Source: Reichenbachiella sp. (GTDB taxonomy: Bacteria > Bacteroidota > Bacteroidia > Cytophagales > Cyclobacteriaceae). From it: a DNA stretch of 64,000 nt. The position numbers and the translations under genes were made by a program. The notes below the pieces were generated by a model. The model did no database searches. It saw only the letters and a list, made by a program, of their open reading frames with translations, and was not told where the DNA came from. The stretch is taken from the NCBI GenBank assembly GCA_049115835.1, contig JAGDZN010000011.1, positions 66,541 to 130,540 of the forward strand. Reading direction: 5' to 3'. Below, piece after piece: positions 39,119 to 48,936 of this stretch. Each line of letters opens with the position of its first letter. Within the stretch, counting starts at the first letter, position 1.

Positions 39119-39182
39119 AACTTTATTTAGTGAATTTGTGTTAAATAGATTGATCTATTCATAACTGTAAACACATTTCTTA

Positions 39183-39560
39183 ATGAACCTAAATGAAAAT
39201 AAGAAAAACGCCATCGCGTTTTATCAAATGGCCTATGAAGGGAATCCTGCTATGGCAATTCAAAAATATATTGGAGACGATTACATTCAGCATAATCCTG
39301 ATGTAGCTGATGGAACCAGCGGGTTCATTGAATACTTTGAAAGAATGCAAAAAGAATACCCTGAAAAAAGCATAGCTTTTGTTCGATGCATTGCCGAGGG
39401 AGATTTAGTCGCCTTACATACCCATCAGACATGGCCCGGAAATGACCAATATGTAACCATGGATTTTTTCAGATTCGATGAAAAAGGCAAAATTTGTGAG
39501 CATTGGGATTCCATCCAACAAATTCCAGAGCAATCAGCCAACCCGAATACCATGTATTAG
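39183..39560 (+). CDS. SnoaL/NTF2-like protein
   Basis: DDYIQHNP, IAEGDLVALH, DFFRFDEKGKICEHWD. Confidence 0.88.
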   Translation: MNLNENKKNAIAFYQMAYEGNPAMAIQKYIGDDYIQHNPDVADGTSGFIEYFERMQKEYPEKSIAFVRCIAEGDLVALHTHQTWPGNDQYVTMDFFRFDEKGKICEHWDSIQQIPEQSANPNTMY

Positions 39561-39681
39561 CTCCCCAATCCAAAAAGAACAATCAATTCATTTCTAAGCT
39601 GTAAATCATAATTTGAAAAGTAGCATTGCAATTACTTTGTATTTTGAATTCAAAATACAGAAATATGATTTATTTTTGTGA

Positions 39682-41514
39682 TTGAACTTTCTCATTAAAC
39701 CACTTCGATTCGCTGCTATGACATTCAAAAATCTACTTTCCGCACTGCTCTTAACTATTAGCACTACAGCATTTGGTCAAAATTCAGGAAAAGTTTCTGG
39801 CGAACTTAAAAAATGGCACAAAGTAACCATTGATTTTGAAGGACCTGAATCCTCTGAATCCGATGATTATAACCCGTTTTTCAACTATAGATTAAACGTA
39901 TCTTTCACTCACCCTTCAGGTAAAAATTATGAAGTGCCAGGTTATTTTGCAGCGGACGGTGACGCAGGTAACAGTTCCGCAGAGAAAGGCAACGTTTGGC
40001 GTGTTCATTTCGCTCCAGATGAAATTGGAACCTGGTCATATACAGTTGATTTTCGCAAAGGCAATTGGGTAGCAGTTAGTGACAAAAAAAGCACTGGTGT
40101 ATCTGGAGAATTTATGGACGGTGCTTCAGGAACTTTTGAAATTGTCCCTACTGATAAAACTGGCAATGACTTTAGGGCCAAAGGACGATTATCTTATGTC
40201 GGTGGACACTATCTACAATTCGAAGAAACAAAGGAATATTTCTTAAAGCAAGGACCAGATGCTCCCGAAAACGCCCTTTCCTTTGTAGACTTTGACGGAA
40301 CCTTTCACAATGATGGTCACAAAGACGATTTGGTAAAAACATGGTCAGCTCACTTAGGAGATTGGAAAGATGGTGATCCAACTTGGAAAGATGGCAAAGG
40401 AAAAGCGCTTGTTGGTGGTTTTAATTACCTAGCAGAAAAAGGTCTTAACGCGGTCTCTTTTTTAACCCTCAATATCGCAGGTGACGATCAAAACGTTTTT
40501 CCCTATGTAGATTATGACCACTATGACCGGTTTGATGTATCAAAATTAGATCAATGGGAAATACTGTTTGATCACGCCCAAAAAATTGGATTGTTTTTGC
40601 ACTTCAAAACTTCAGAAGTTGAAAACCAAGGATTGCTTGATAACGGTGGTGTAGGTGCCGAACGCAAATTGTATTATAGAGAATTAATTGCTCGATTTGG
40701 TCACCACCTGGCCCTCAATTGGAATATGTGTGAAGAAAGTGGAGACTGGGTCAAAAACCATCGTACGCCTCCACAGTTTACACAACAAAGACTCGCAATG
40801 GCAGAATACTTCTTTCAACATGACCCATACAATCACCATGTAGTAATTCACAATGGCAATCCCTTTGATGATATATTGGGACCAAATTCAAAATACACAG
40901 GCCCCTCAGTTCAAACCAATAAGGCGGATTTTCGAAATGTCCATCGTCAAGTCATCAAATGGAGAGAAAAATCCGTTGCAGCAGGCAAACCTTGGGCCGT
41001 AGCTGTGGATGAACCCGGTGATGCACAACATTCGCTAGTGCCGGATTCAGACGACCCTACACATAATGATGCTCGACAAAATGCACTTTGGGGAGCCATG
41101 ATGGGTGGAGCATGGGGAGTAGAGTGGTACTTCGGCTATAAACATGCTCATTCGGATTTATCCTGTGAAGACTGGAGATCTCGAGATACGTTTTGGGACC
41201 AATGTAAAATTGCTTTGGATTTCTTTAATACACTTCCATTTACAGAAATGGCTCCAATGGATGAACTACTTGATACGGAAGAATATTGCTTTGCCAAACC
41301 AGATGAGATTTATGTGGTATTCCTTAGAAAAGGAGGCAAAACCAACCTCGACTTAACTGAGGTTTCAGGGACGTATGCTGGAAAATGGTTTAACCCAAGA
41401 ACTGGTACGTATTTGAAAAAAGGATTTGAAGTAAAGGCTGGAACCAAAGCAATGTTGTCTGCTCCCAAGAAGAACAATGAAAAAGATTGGGCCCTAATAT
41501 TGACCAAAAAATAG
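39682..41514 (+). CDS. DUF5060 / apiosidase-like TIM-barrel glycoside hydrolase with C-terminal putative collagen-binding-like domain
   Basis: KKWHKVTIDFEGP, WRVHFAPDEIGTWSY, C-terminal WFNPRTG and DWALIL; likely ATG 39718. Confidence 0.7.
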   Translation: MNFLIKPLRFAAMTFKNLLSALLLTISTTAFGQNSGKVSGELKKWHKVTIDFEGPESSESDDYNPFFNYRLNVSFTHPSGKNYEVPGYFAADGDAGNSSAEKGNVWRVHFAPDEIGTWSYTVDFRKGNWVAVSDKKSTGVSGEFMDGASGTFEIVPTDKTGNDFRAKGRLSYVGGHYLQFEETKEYFLKQGPDAPENALSFVDFDGTFHNDGHKDDLVKTWSAHLGDWKDGDPTWKDGKGKALVGGFNYLAEKGLNAVSFLTLNIAGDDQNVFPYVDYDHYDRFDVSKLDQWEILFDHAQKIGLFLHFKTSEVENQGLLDNGGVGAERKLYYRELIARFGHHLALNWNMCEESGDWVKNHRTPPQFTQQRLAMAEYFFQHDPYNHHVVIHNGNPFDDILGPNSKYTGPSVQTNKADFRNVHRQVIKWREKSVAAGKPWAVAVDEPGDAQHSLVPDSDDPTHNDARQNALWGAMMGGAWGVEWYFGYKHAHSDLSCEDWRSRDTFWDQCKIALDFFNTLPFTEMAPMDELLDTEEYCFAKPDEIYVVFLRKGGKTNLDLTEVSGTYAGKWFNPRTGTYLKKGFEVKAGTKAMLSAPKKNNEKDWALILTKK

Positions 41515-41611
41515 TTTGTTTAATCAGTAGTTCTAATAATCATGCTATTGCCATCGAATACTCTCAAGTATTTGATGGCTTTGCTTATTAATATTTTACT
41601 ACTTTAGCCTG

Positions 41612-42655
41612 ATGTCTGCAGGTGATATATTTCTTGTACTCATTAGTGGATTAGGAGTCCTTCATGGACTTTTCCTAGCAACATTCTTATGGATATATCC
41701 GAAAGGAAATACCATCTCAAATAGATTACTTAGTTTACTGTTAATTATTCTGTCATTGCGAATTGGCAAATCAGTTGTCATGGAATTTGCAGAGGATCTG
41801 GACATCAAGTTGATTTTCTCAGGACTAGGAATGCTCATGGCGATTGGTCCTCTTTTTTACTTCTATACCAAATCTTATATTGAGAAATCCTTCCTTTTCA
41901 AGAAGCAACACCTCTATCATTTTGTTCCTTTTGTCTTAGGTTTTTGTTTCGGTTTATGGATTAATGAAGATTGGATTGATACAGTGCCAAAAGTATTTTT
42001 TCTCTTTATTTTTCTTTTCTATTATGGACATTATTTGTTTTACATTATCAGGAGTTATAGGCTTACCTCTAAGGCTAAAAAGGATGGTTTGAACGCAAGT
42101 GCATATGCGTTACTTCGACTCTTATTTTATGGTCTACTCATTGTTTGGGTAGCCTATGTCTTGAACCTGTTTGATGAAGTAATACCCTATATCGTTGGAC
42201 CTATTTTGTACTCATTGGTAGCATACATAGTAAGCTTTATTGTCATCCAAAAGGGATACATTGAATCGGTAGAAAAAACGAAATATAGTACCACTCAAGT
42301 ATCAGATGAACAAATTGAAGAGCTATATAGTAAAGTCAAAAAAATCGTAATCACCAATCAGCAATTCAAAAACCCAGAGCTTTCATTGAAATCATTGAGT
42401 GAAGAATTGAAAGTCAGCAGTCAAGTTTTATCGATGGTGATCAACAAACGAAGTAAAACCAACTTCAATGGTTTCATCAACCATCATCGAATCGAAGAGG
42501 CAATAAAGTTGTTTGAAGACGAGACATTTGACAATCATACCATCGCATCCATCGCCTATGAATCAGGCTTCAACAGCATCACAAGTTTCAATTCCACATT
42601 CAAAAAACAAACAGGAAAGACACCCATGGCGTTTAGAAAAGGGATTATCAAATGA
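41612..42655 (+). CDS. Membrane-anchored AraC-family transcriptional regulator
   Basis: N-terminal TM helices; FNGFINHHRI...IAYESGFNSITSFNSTFKKQTGKTP. Confidence 0.9.
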   Translation: MSAGDIFLVLISGLGVLHGLFLATFLWIYPKGNTISNRLLSLLLIILSLRIGKSVVMEFAEDLDIKLIFSGLGMLMAIGPLFYFYTKSYIEKSFLFKKQHLYHFVPFVLGFCFGLWINEDWIDTVPKVFFLFIFLFYYGHYLFYIIRSYRLTSKAKKDGLNASAYALLRLLFYGLLIVWVAYVLNLFDEVIPYIVGPILYSLVAYIVSFIVIQKGYIESVEKTKYSTTQVSDEQIEELYSKVKKIVITNQQFKNPELSLKSLSEELKVSSQVLSMVINKRSKTNFNGFINHHRIEEAIKLFEDETFDNHTIASIAYESGFNSITSFNSTFKKQTGKTPMAFRKGIIK

Positions 42656-42678
42656 TCTTTTACTATAGCGAAATGATC
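42650..42678 (+). promoter_or_regulatory. Direct repeat AAATGATC x2 (21-bp period), candidate AraC-type operator
   Basis: Exact 8-mers at 42650-42657 and 42671-42678 between the araC stop and the DJ-1 gene. Confidence 0.45.
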
Positions 42679-42740
42679 ATTTAGAAAGATTTTCATTCGG
42701 CTTTTAAGTTGGTTTGCTTCAAACAAAAAAATAAAAAGTC

Positions 42741-43823
42741 ATGAAAAAATATCCAATTCTCAAATGGTCGTTGACCATAATTGCAAGTCTCATTCTAATG
42801 ATCGTCGCTTTTGGTTTCTGGTTTGTGAGTTTACTTACAACCGACACCCCAGTTGATATAAAAAGTACTCAGCGAAGTGATCTTCCATATTTGAATCAAA
42901 CGCCTCAACCATTCAAAGGTAAAATTCTTGCAGTAGTCACCAGTTGTGCAGTAATGGGAAGCAGTCAGAAAAAAACTGGTTATGAACTAACAGAATTAGC
43001 AAGACCGTACTTCGTATTTGAAGCCAACGGCTATGAAGTAGATGTTGCAAGTCCATTGGGCGGAAAACCTCCTGTTATAATTGATTGGGATGACATGGGA
43101 GCCTTTGATTATGCCTTTTTAAATGATGCAAACACTCAAGAAAAAGCCAATAACACCATCGCAATTAACAATATCAATGCAGATGACTATGATGCCATTT
43201 ATTTCGCAGGAGGCAAAGGTGCCATGTTTGATTTTCCTGAAAATGAAAAAATACAATCGATCATTCGTGAGATGTACCAGTCTGGAAAAGTCATTGGAGC
43301 AGTTTGTCATGGACCTGCGGCTTTAGTCAATGTGACTTTGGAAGACGGTACGCCACTTTTGAAAAACAAAAATGTAAGTGGCTTCACCAACGAAGAAGAA
43401 TTATTTCTGATTCCCGATGCTAATACCATATTTCCATTCTTACTTCAAGATAAAATGTCTGCTCAAGGAGCAAATTTCAATCAAGGAACTATGTACCTGC
43501 AAAATGTTCAAAAAGAGGGGCAATTAGTCACTGGCCAAAACCCTTGGTCTACTTGGTCATTTTCTGAAACAATCATTGAGCAACTCGGATACCAACCTGT
43601 TAAAAGGAATAAAACAGCGGAAGAAAATACTGTCGAAGTATTAATGGCATACGAAGAAACAGGGTATGCAGGAGCAAAAAAGGAGATCAAGCATTTTATA
43701 TCAAATGGAAATAAGCCCATTGATAAGAATCTTTTAGCCATGCACAGTATTGTAGCCGCTATGCAATGGAAGATAGGCAAAACGATCAACATAATCCGTC
43801 TACTGTCATTCGCTAATCAATAA
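42741..43823 (+). CDS. DJ-1/PfpI (type 1 glutamine amidotransferase-like) protein with N-terminal anchor
   Basis: TGYELTELARP, FAGGKGAMFD, AVCHGPAAL nucleophile Cys, VTGQNPWS. Confidence 0.9.
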   Translation: MKKYPILKWSLTIIASLILMIVAFGFWFVSLLTTDTPVDIKSTQRSDLPYLNQTPQPFKGKILAVVTSCAVMGSSQKKTGYELTELARPYFVFEANGYEVDVASPLGGKPPVIIDWDDMGAFDYAFLNDANTQEKANNTIAINNINADDYDAIYFAGGKGAMFDFPENEKIQSIIREMYQSGKVIGAVCHGPAALVNVTLEDGTPLLKNKNVSGFTNEEELFLIPDANTIFPFLLQDKMSAQGANFNQGTMYLQNVQKEGQLVTGQNPWSTWSFSETIIEQLGYQPVKRNKTAEENTVEVLMAYEETGYAGAKKEIKHFISNGNKPIDKNLLAMHSIVAAMQWKIGKTINIIRLLSFANQ

Positions 43824-44297
43824 CAGCGTTGGACAACCTTCTTGCTTTTGTCATTGATGATGATCGCATTAGCAATTCGGAGACCAAAAAATAGAAGAAC
43901 AAACTTAAGGCTTGCAGTATTATTTTTTATTGGAATTTTCATATCTAGTATATTGATTCATCGCTATCAAGCCATAGTTTATCCAATGACCAATAAACTG
44001 GGACAGCTTGAGTTTTTAACCTTTGGAAAATCTGAGAACAAACAAGATGGTTGGATAGCATTGTATGAAGATTCAACTTGGGAGTTTGGAAAATCTTATA
44101 TGGAAATCAATTCGAATGGCAATTATATTGTAAAAGGAGGTACTCTACTTTTAACTACTATTTCTGGAAGAAAAATAACCTTTTAAAAAACCACTATTAT
44201 TCTGACCAGTATAGGAATTAATTCTCCTGAACCTGAACTTAACGGACTCAGAATTGAACTGAACAAGCTGAATAAAACAAAAAAACACGTCATATAA
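43824..44297 (+). pseudogene. Decayed membrane-protein ORF (5' end missing, internal TAA at 44184-44186)
   Basis: No proper start; the frame continues after the stop as KTTIILTSIGINSPEPELNGLRIELNKLNKTKKHVI to TAA 44295-44297, which sits at the left end of the attC-like element. Confidence 0.5.
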
Positions 44298-44476
44298 GGT
44301 GATATGAAATGCATGGCGGTTTAGCGGAATGTAGAGTGCGGTGGTTTTCACATGCCCCACCAATTATGCGCTGTGCCTCATGAGAAATCAAAAATGTATT
44401 AGCCTAATCGCAGATTAGGTATTTCCGTATAGAAACAAACTACATATTATACGCCCTCTATCATATCGGGTTAGCA
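44291..44476 (+). repeat. attC-like imperfect inverted repeat
   Basis: TAAG-GT-GATATGA (44295-44307) versus TCATATC-GG-GTTAGCA (44461-44476); inner complementary pairs ggcg/cgcc and atgtag/ctacat. Confidence 0.5.
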
Positions 44477-44487
44477 GTAAAGTAGAC

Positions 44488-44784
44488 ATGAAAGGAACCT
44501 TGAAATATTTGTCATTTGCAATTTCATCTATATTATTTTCTGATTGTTTGGAAGAAATTAACCAACAAGAATCCACAGAAGCTTTCATTGTTAATTGAGT
44601 AATAACAGTTGTAAGATCTCCGAATGATCTATTGGATGTAAATAAAAGTTTAGACGGGATAAATAATAAACTTGTATATGAACAGGAAGATGAAGTCGAT
44701 GATACCTATCAAATGATTAATACACCAAATGATTCTATTTGGTTATCAAATGATAATCTATGCATAGCTCCAATAACTAAGTAG
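44488..44784 (+). pseudogene. Decayed lipoprotein-like ORF
   Basis: ATG 11 nt after GTTAGCA; MKGTLKYLSFAISSILFSD-C signal-like N-terminus; TGA at 44596-44598 followed by 61 open codons in the same frame. Confidence 0.45.
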
Positions 44785-44993
44785 CCAAAATTGGTATAGA
44801 ATATGGCTGTAAACTTTTATCAAGATAGGCAGCGGAATAACTAAATCTCCGATAACGAATGGATAAAAACTAGACAAGATCATAAATGACTATTTGAAGT
44901 TTGTACATCGACATCAAATCATGTTAACCTTGGAGTTCTTATTCTTTAGAATTAGCTGAAGAACAAAGGTGCTAAAGTTAACCTCAGTGTACT

Positions 44994-47900
44994 ATGACAA
45001 ATAAACTCACCAATTATTTTACGACTTTGCTCATCAGCATTTTCATGGTTATCAACCTGTCAAACATTCAGGCTCAATTGATCTCTGAAGAGACTACAAT
45101 TGAAATAAGCAGCCCTTTATCCATCAATTATACCGTAAGTGGTTCAACTACCAAAAGAGTAAATCTTGATCTAAATATTACGTCAGTTTATGCCAACTTC
45201 AGTATCCTATCCAATGGTGTTAGCATATTAGACAACATTGATATCCCGAGTAATGGCAACCATGTTCTCAATGCTTTGGTCGTATTTCCTGAATCAGGAG
45301 AAGTTGAGCTTATTCTAGCAGCCAGAACAGGAGCTGTTACTATCAATAGCCTCAGCTTTGAAGATGTCAATATCGAATTCCCTTCTTATACTGAAATATC
45401 AGAAGAAGCAGGTCTTGCGACGGTCACTGGTCCTGGTTTAAAATATAAGGGTCCTACCATTGCCGATATGGACAATGATGGCGACTATGACATGATATTG
45501 GTCAATCATAATGATATCAATGAGCCCACTAAATTGATTTGGAACAATGGAAACGGAACAGTATCTAATGAGCCTGTCATTCTATCTCGTTGGGATAGGC
45601 AGGATTTGCATGGCAGTGCCGCTGGGGATTTCGATAACGACGGAGATCTTGATATCCTGACAACAGTCGGTGGTGGCAATGGCACATCCCCTACACCGCC
45701 AACTTTTTGGAGAAACGATGACGGTAATTTTGTATTAGGAAATGACGATGTTGGAATTACCTCAGGGGCTAGAGGGCGCTCAGCTGTATGGGGTGATTAT
45801 GATTTGGATAATGACTTGGATTTAATATTATTCAATGCTCATTGGGATAACCCTAACGGTGGTCAGCATGTTATTTATAAAAACAATGGCAGGGGAGGAT
45901 TTGATTTGGCAAGGATTGACAATTTTGAAAATGCCGCTGGTGATCGTTTTGTAATGACGGATCTTGATGGTGATCATATCGATGATTTTGTCATCTATTT
46001 TCCACTATCTATTTGGAAAGGCAATGGAGACTTTACTTTTACTAACATCACCAACCAACTTCCAGTAAATATCAGAGGCCTTCAAAATATCATGGCTGCA
46101 GCAGATGTAGATATCGACAATGATGGAGACATGGATCTATATTTTGCTACTGGTAAAGACTATTTTCAAGTGGCCAACAAAGCACTGGATTACGACCCTA
46201 TCGCCCAAAAATTTGATATCAGAGATGAAGGAAATAGAGGAGAAACCTTATTGGATCTTACTGCTGATGGAGAAATCGTTTTGTCCGAATTTGAGCATGT
46301 ATATAGAAGCACGTACGACGGTGATTTCCCTGTTTTTCTTGGAAGTGACAAAGTGTCAACGGACCTGGCCAATACAGGAGAAGACATGACTATTTCAAGG
46401 GAAAATGCTGAAGGTTGGCCCGAAAGTAGATCTGAAAATGGGCTTTATATTGGTCATACTGGAGACGGTAATTGGAAAATAGAATCTGTCAGATTAACAG
46501 ATGTATATTGGAGTATTCATTGGTCGGTCAGTGGAGTAAGCAGCTTAACCACTGCTTGGGACCCAAACAATAAAAACAAACAAGATGTGTTGCTCAGAAA
46601 TGATAATGGCACTTTTGTAGATGTATCGAATGAGTGGAACATACCTTTAGGCGGAAATAACTGGGGCGTAATTCCAGGAGATTTTAACAATGATGGTCAT
46701 CAAGATCTGTTTATCAATAGATTTCCGTTTCTCAAACAACGGGTGGCAGACTATATGCTGATCAATAACGGCGAAGGAAAATTCGAAATTACAACTTCGC
46801 ATCAAGCCAACACTGTAGGTGGTAGTAATCACGGAGATCAAGGAGCTGCTTTTGACTTTGATTTAGATGGAGATGTCGATATCCTAGATGGAAGTGACGA
46901 ATATGGATCATGGCATTTGTTTGGCAATGAGAAATTAGATAATAACAACTATGTCATTGTCAAAGTAAATTATTCTCCCTATGATAACGTAGACCCTATT
47001 TCTGCTGAAGTCACCATCAAAACAACAGAAAATGAATATTTCAAACGTGTTGGATCAGCTGGGTCGGTACATTCTCAAAGCGTATTGAATTTAATCCATT
47101 TTGGATTGGGAACTGAAGAACAAATAGAAAGTATTTCAGTCAGGTGGAGAAATGGGGAATCTGTAATTATTGAAGACGTAGTGGCAAATAAAATCTATGA
47201 CACTGATGATGTAGACCCCACAAGTATCACTATAAACCCTGCAACTGCTGAAGTGAGAGAAGGAACATTTGTAGAGTTAACAGCAATTATAGAACCTATC
47301 AATGCGAATAATGATGTCACTTGGTTGTCAAGTGCTGAATCAGTATTGACAGTAGACCAATCTGGTAAAGTCACAGCAGTTGGTAATGTGAGTGAAAGTG
47401 CTACGATTACTGCTAGAAGCAACAAGAATGGTTTTGAAGGAACCAGTCAAATTACTATAGTTGAATACTATGAGATACCTGTGGAATCCGTTGAGATCGT
47501 TTTCGAAGATACAGAAATGATAGAAGGAGAAACAATGTCTTTGACTGCTGTTGTTTTACCGAAATATGCCGATGACAAAAGTATTACTTGGTCTAGCAGT
47601 AATGAAGGATTGGCAACTGTAGATGAAAACGGAAAAGTTGCTGCCATTAGCACTGGTAATGTAATCATTTCGGCAACTTCAAATGAAAACGATGAAATTC
47701 TTGATGAGTTAGAAATAAGTATTATTGAATTGCTACCTGCTTCTTTAGAAATAAATGATGCGTCAATCTATACATCCAAGGCCTTTGTTTCTGGTGGTGA
47801 GATGACGGTAAGAACTTCCTATCATGCTGGTACTGGAAACTTAGTGTCTTCTGGAGATGGAGGAATTAGATACAGGTTACGTCATATGAATTCATCTTGG

Positions 47901-48608
47901 GGTGTCATAAAAGACATTACGTTAGATGATGCCAACGCTATCGGTACTGAATCGGGAACTTCATCCGTCATCATATCACTAAATGGTACTACTCCTTCGG
48001 CAGACTTGAACGATGGTGAATTCTATTTTCTATTTACCTCTTTTACAACTAGCAATGGAGCAGCAATTAATAAGGGTATTGAAAATTTAACCATTATTGA
48101 CAAAGCAGATTTAACTGTGGACCCTGAATCTGCAACTATGCACCTTGAGGAATCTATGCAGTTAAATGCGACGTTACTCCCAGATAATTTAATAGACCTT
48201 AACTTAATTTGGAGTTCAAGCGATGAGTCCATTGCGACGGTAGATGAAAATGGAAAAGTAAGTAGTGTTGCACCGGGAGTGACGAATATTAATGTAGAGG
48301 CAGTTGCAGATCCAAATTCAAAAGTAATGATTGAAATTTCTGTTGAGGAAATACTAAGCACACCTAAAGAAATATTGAAACAAGCTATTAGTATATATCC
48401 AAACCCATCTTCAGACCACATATACATAAGTGGTATAGATAAAGACCGTTATTCCGCACGGGTTTACGATGTAACAGGCGTTCAATATATCAATCAAGTC
48501 ATACAGAATGATACTTCTATTTCTCTCAGTGGACTACCAAAGGGAGTGTATGTAGTAATCATTGAATCAGGGAGAATATCAAAAAAATTCTCGCTAATCC
48601 ATGAGTAA
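44994..48608 (+). CDS. CRTAC1/ASPIC-UnbV and FG-GAP repeat protein with three Ig-like (Big_2) domains and T9SS sorting domain
   Basis: Repeated DxDxDGDxD motifs, HFGLG...SISVRWRNG, Big_2 'TWSSSNEGLATVDENGKV' repeats, IYPNPSSDHIYI C-terminal domain. Confidence 0.88.
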   Translation: MTNKLTNYFTTLLISIFMVINLSNIQAQLISEETTIEISSPLSINYTVSGSTTKRVNLDLNITSVYANFSILSNGVSILDNIDIPSNGNHVLNALVVFPESGEVELILAARTGAVTINSLSFEDVNIEFPSYTEISEEAGLATVTGPGLKYKGPTIADMDNDGDYDMILVNHNDINEPTKLIWNNGNGTVSNEPVILSRWDRQDLHGSAAGDFDNDGDLDILTTVGGGNGTSPTPPTFWRNDDGNFVLGNDDVGITSGARGRSAVWGDYDLDNDLDLILFNAHWDNPNGGQHVIYKNNGRGGFDLARIDNFENAAGDRFVMTDLDGDHIDDFVIYFPLSIWKGNGDFTFTNITNQLPVNIRGLQNIMAAADVDIDNDGDMDLYFATGKDYFQVANKALDYDPIAQKFDIRDEGNRGETLLDLTADGEIVLSEFEHVYRSTYDGDFPVFLGSDKVSTDLANTGEDMTISRENAEGWPESRSENGLYIGHTGDGNWKIESVRLTDVYWSIHWSVSGVSSLTTAWDPNNKNKQDVLLRNDNGTFVDVSNEWNIPLGGNNWGVIPGDFNNDGHQDLFINRFPFLKQRVADYMLINNGEGKFEITTSHQANTVGGSNHGDQGAAFDFDLDGDVDILDGSDEYGSWHLFGNEKLDNNNYVIVKVNYSPYDNVDPISAEVTIKTTENEYFKRVGSAGSVHSQSVLNLIHFGLGTEEQIESISVRWRNGESVIIEDVVANKIYDTDDVDPTSITINPATAEVREGTFVELTAIIEPINANNDVTWLSSAESVLTVDQSGKVTAVGNVSESATITARSNKNGFEGTSQITIVEYYEIPVESVEIVFEDTEMIEGETMSLTAVVLPKYADDKSITWSSSNEGLATVDENGKVAAISTGNVIISATSNENDEILDELEISIIELLPASLEINDASIYTSKAFVSGGEMTVRTSYHAGTGNLVSSGDGGIRYRLRHMNSSWGVIKDITLDDANAIGTESGTSSVIISLNGTTPSADLNDGEFYFLFTSFTTSNGAAINKGIENLTIIDKADLTVDPESATMHLEESMQLNATLLPDNLIDLNLIWSSSDESIATVDENGKVSSVAPGVTNINVEAVADPNSKVMIEISVEEILSTPKEILKQAISIYPNPSSDHIYISGIDKDRYSARVYDVTGVQYINQVIQNDTSISLSGLPKGVYVVIIESGRISKKFSLIHE

Positions 48609-48936
48609 AATCATGGATTTTTTTCTGATTTGTATCAAATATATTCCAGCGACATATAAAAATAAACTCCGTAGAAGGCTCATAAGTTAGAGCTTCTGAA
48701 GCTTACGGACTACTCCGAATAAGATAAAGTAACACCTTGTTTTATGAGTGTTATTCCCATTGCTGCCAACCAGAATACTTTGATTAGGAAATTGTTTTTT
48801 CATAATTTTCCTAGCTTATCTCGATAGTAATTAATGAGTCAGAAATATTTGCTTGAGTAACTTTTGTTACACTTCAGATCTTTTTATATCTCTATCTTTT
48901 CTAAATTAAGTTCTACTGATTCTAAATGTTAATGAT

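Noticed and set aside
42741-44186. Readthrough fusion of the DJ-1 gene with the in-frame ORF at 43842
   Set aside because: The DJ-1 protein looks complete at 43823 and the downstream segment looks like an unrelated, 5'-truncated remnant; a shared frame has a one-in-three chance
48668-48803. Hairpin at 48668-48709 and a frameshifted signal-peptide-like remnant on the minus strand (MK..NNFLIKVFWLAAMGITLIKQG)
   Set aside because: Too short and degenerate to support as a gene or mobile element; the hairpin may simply be a terminator
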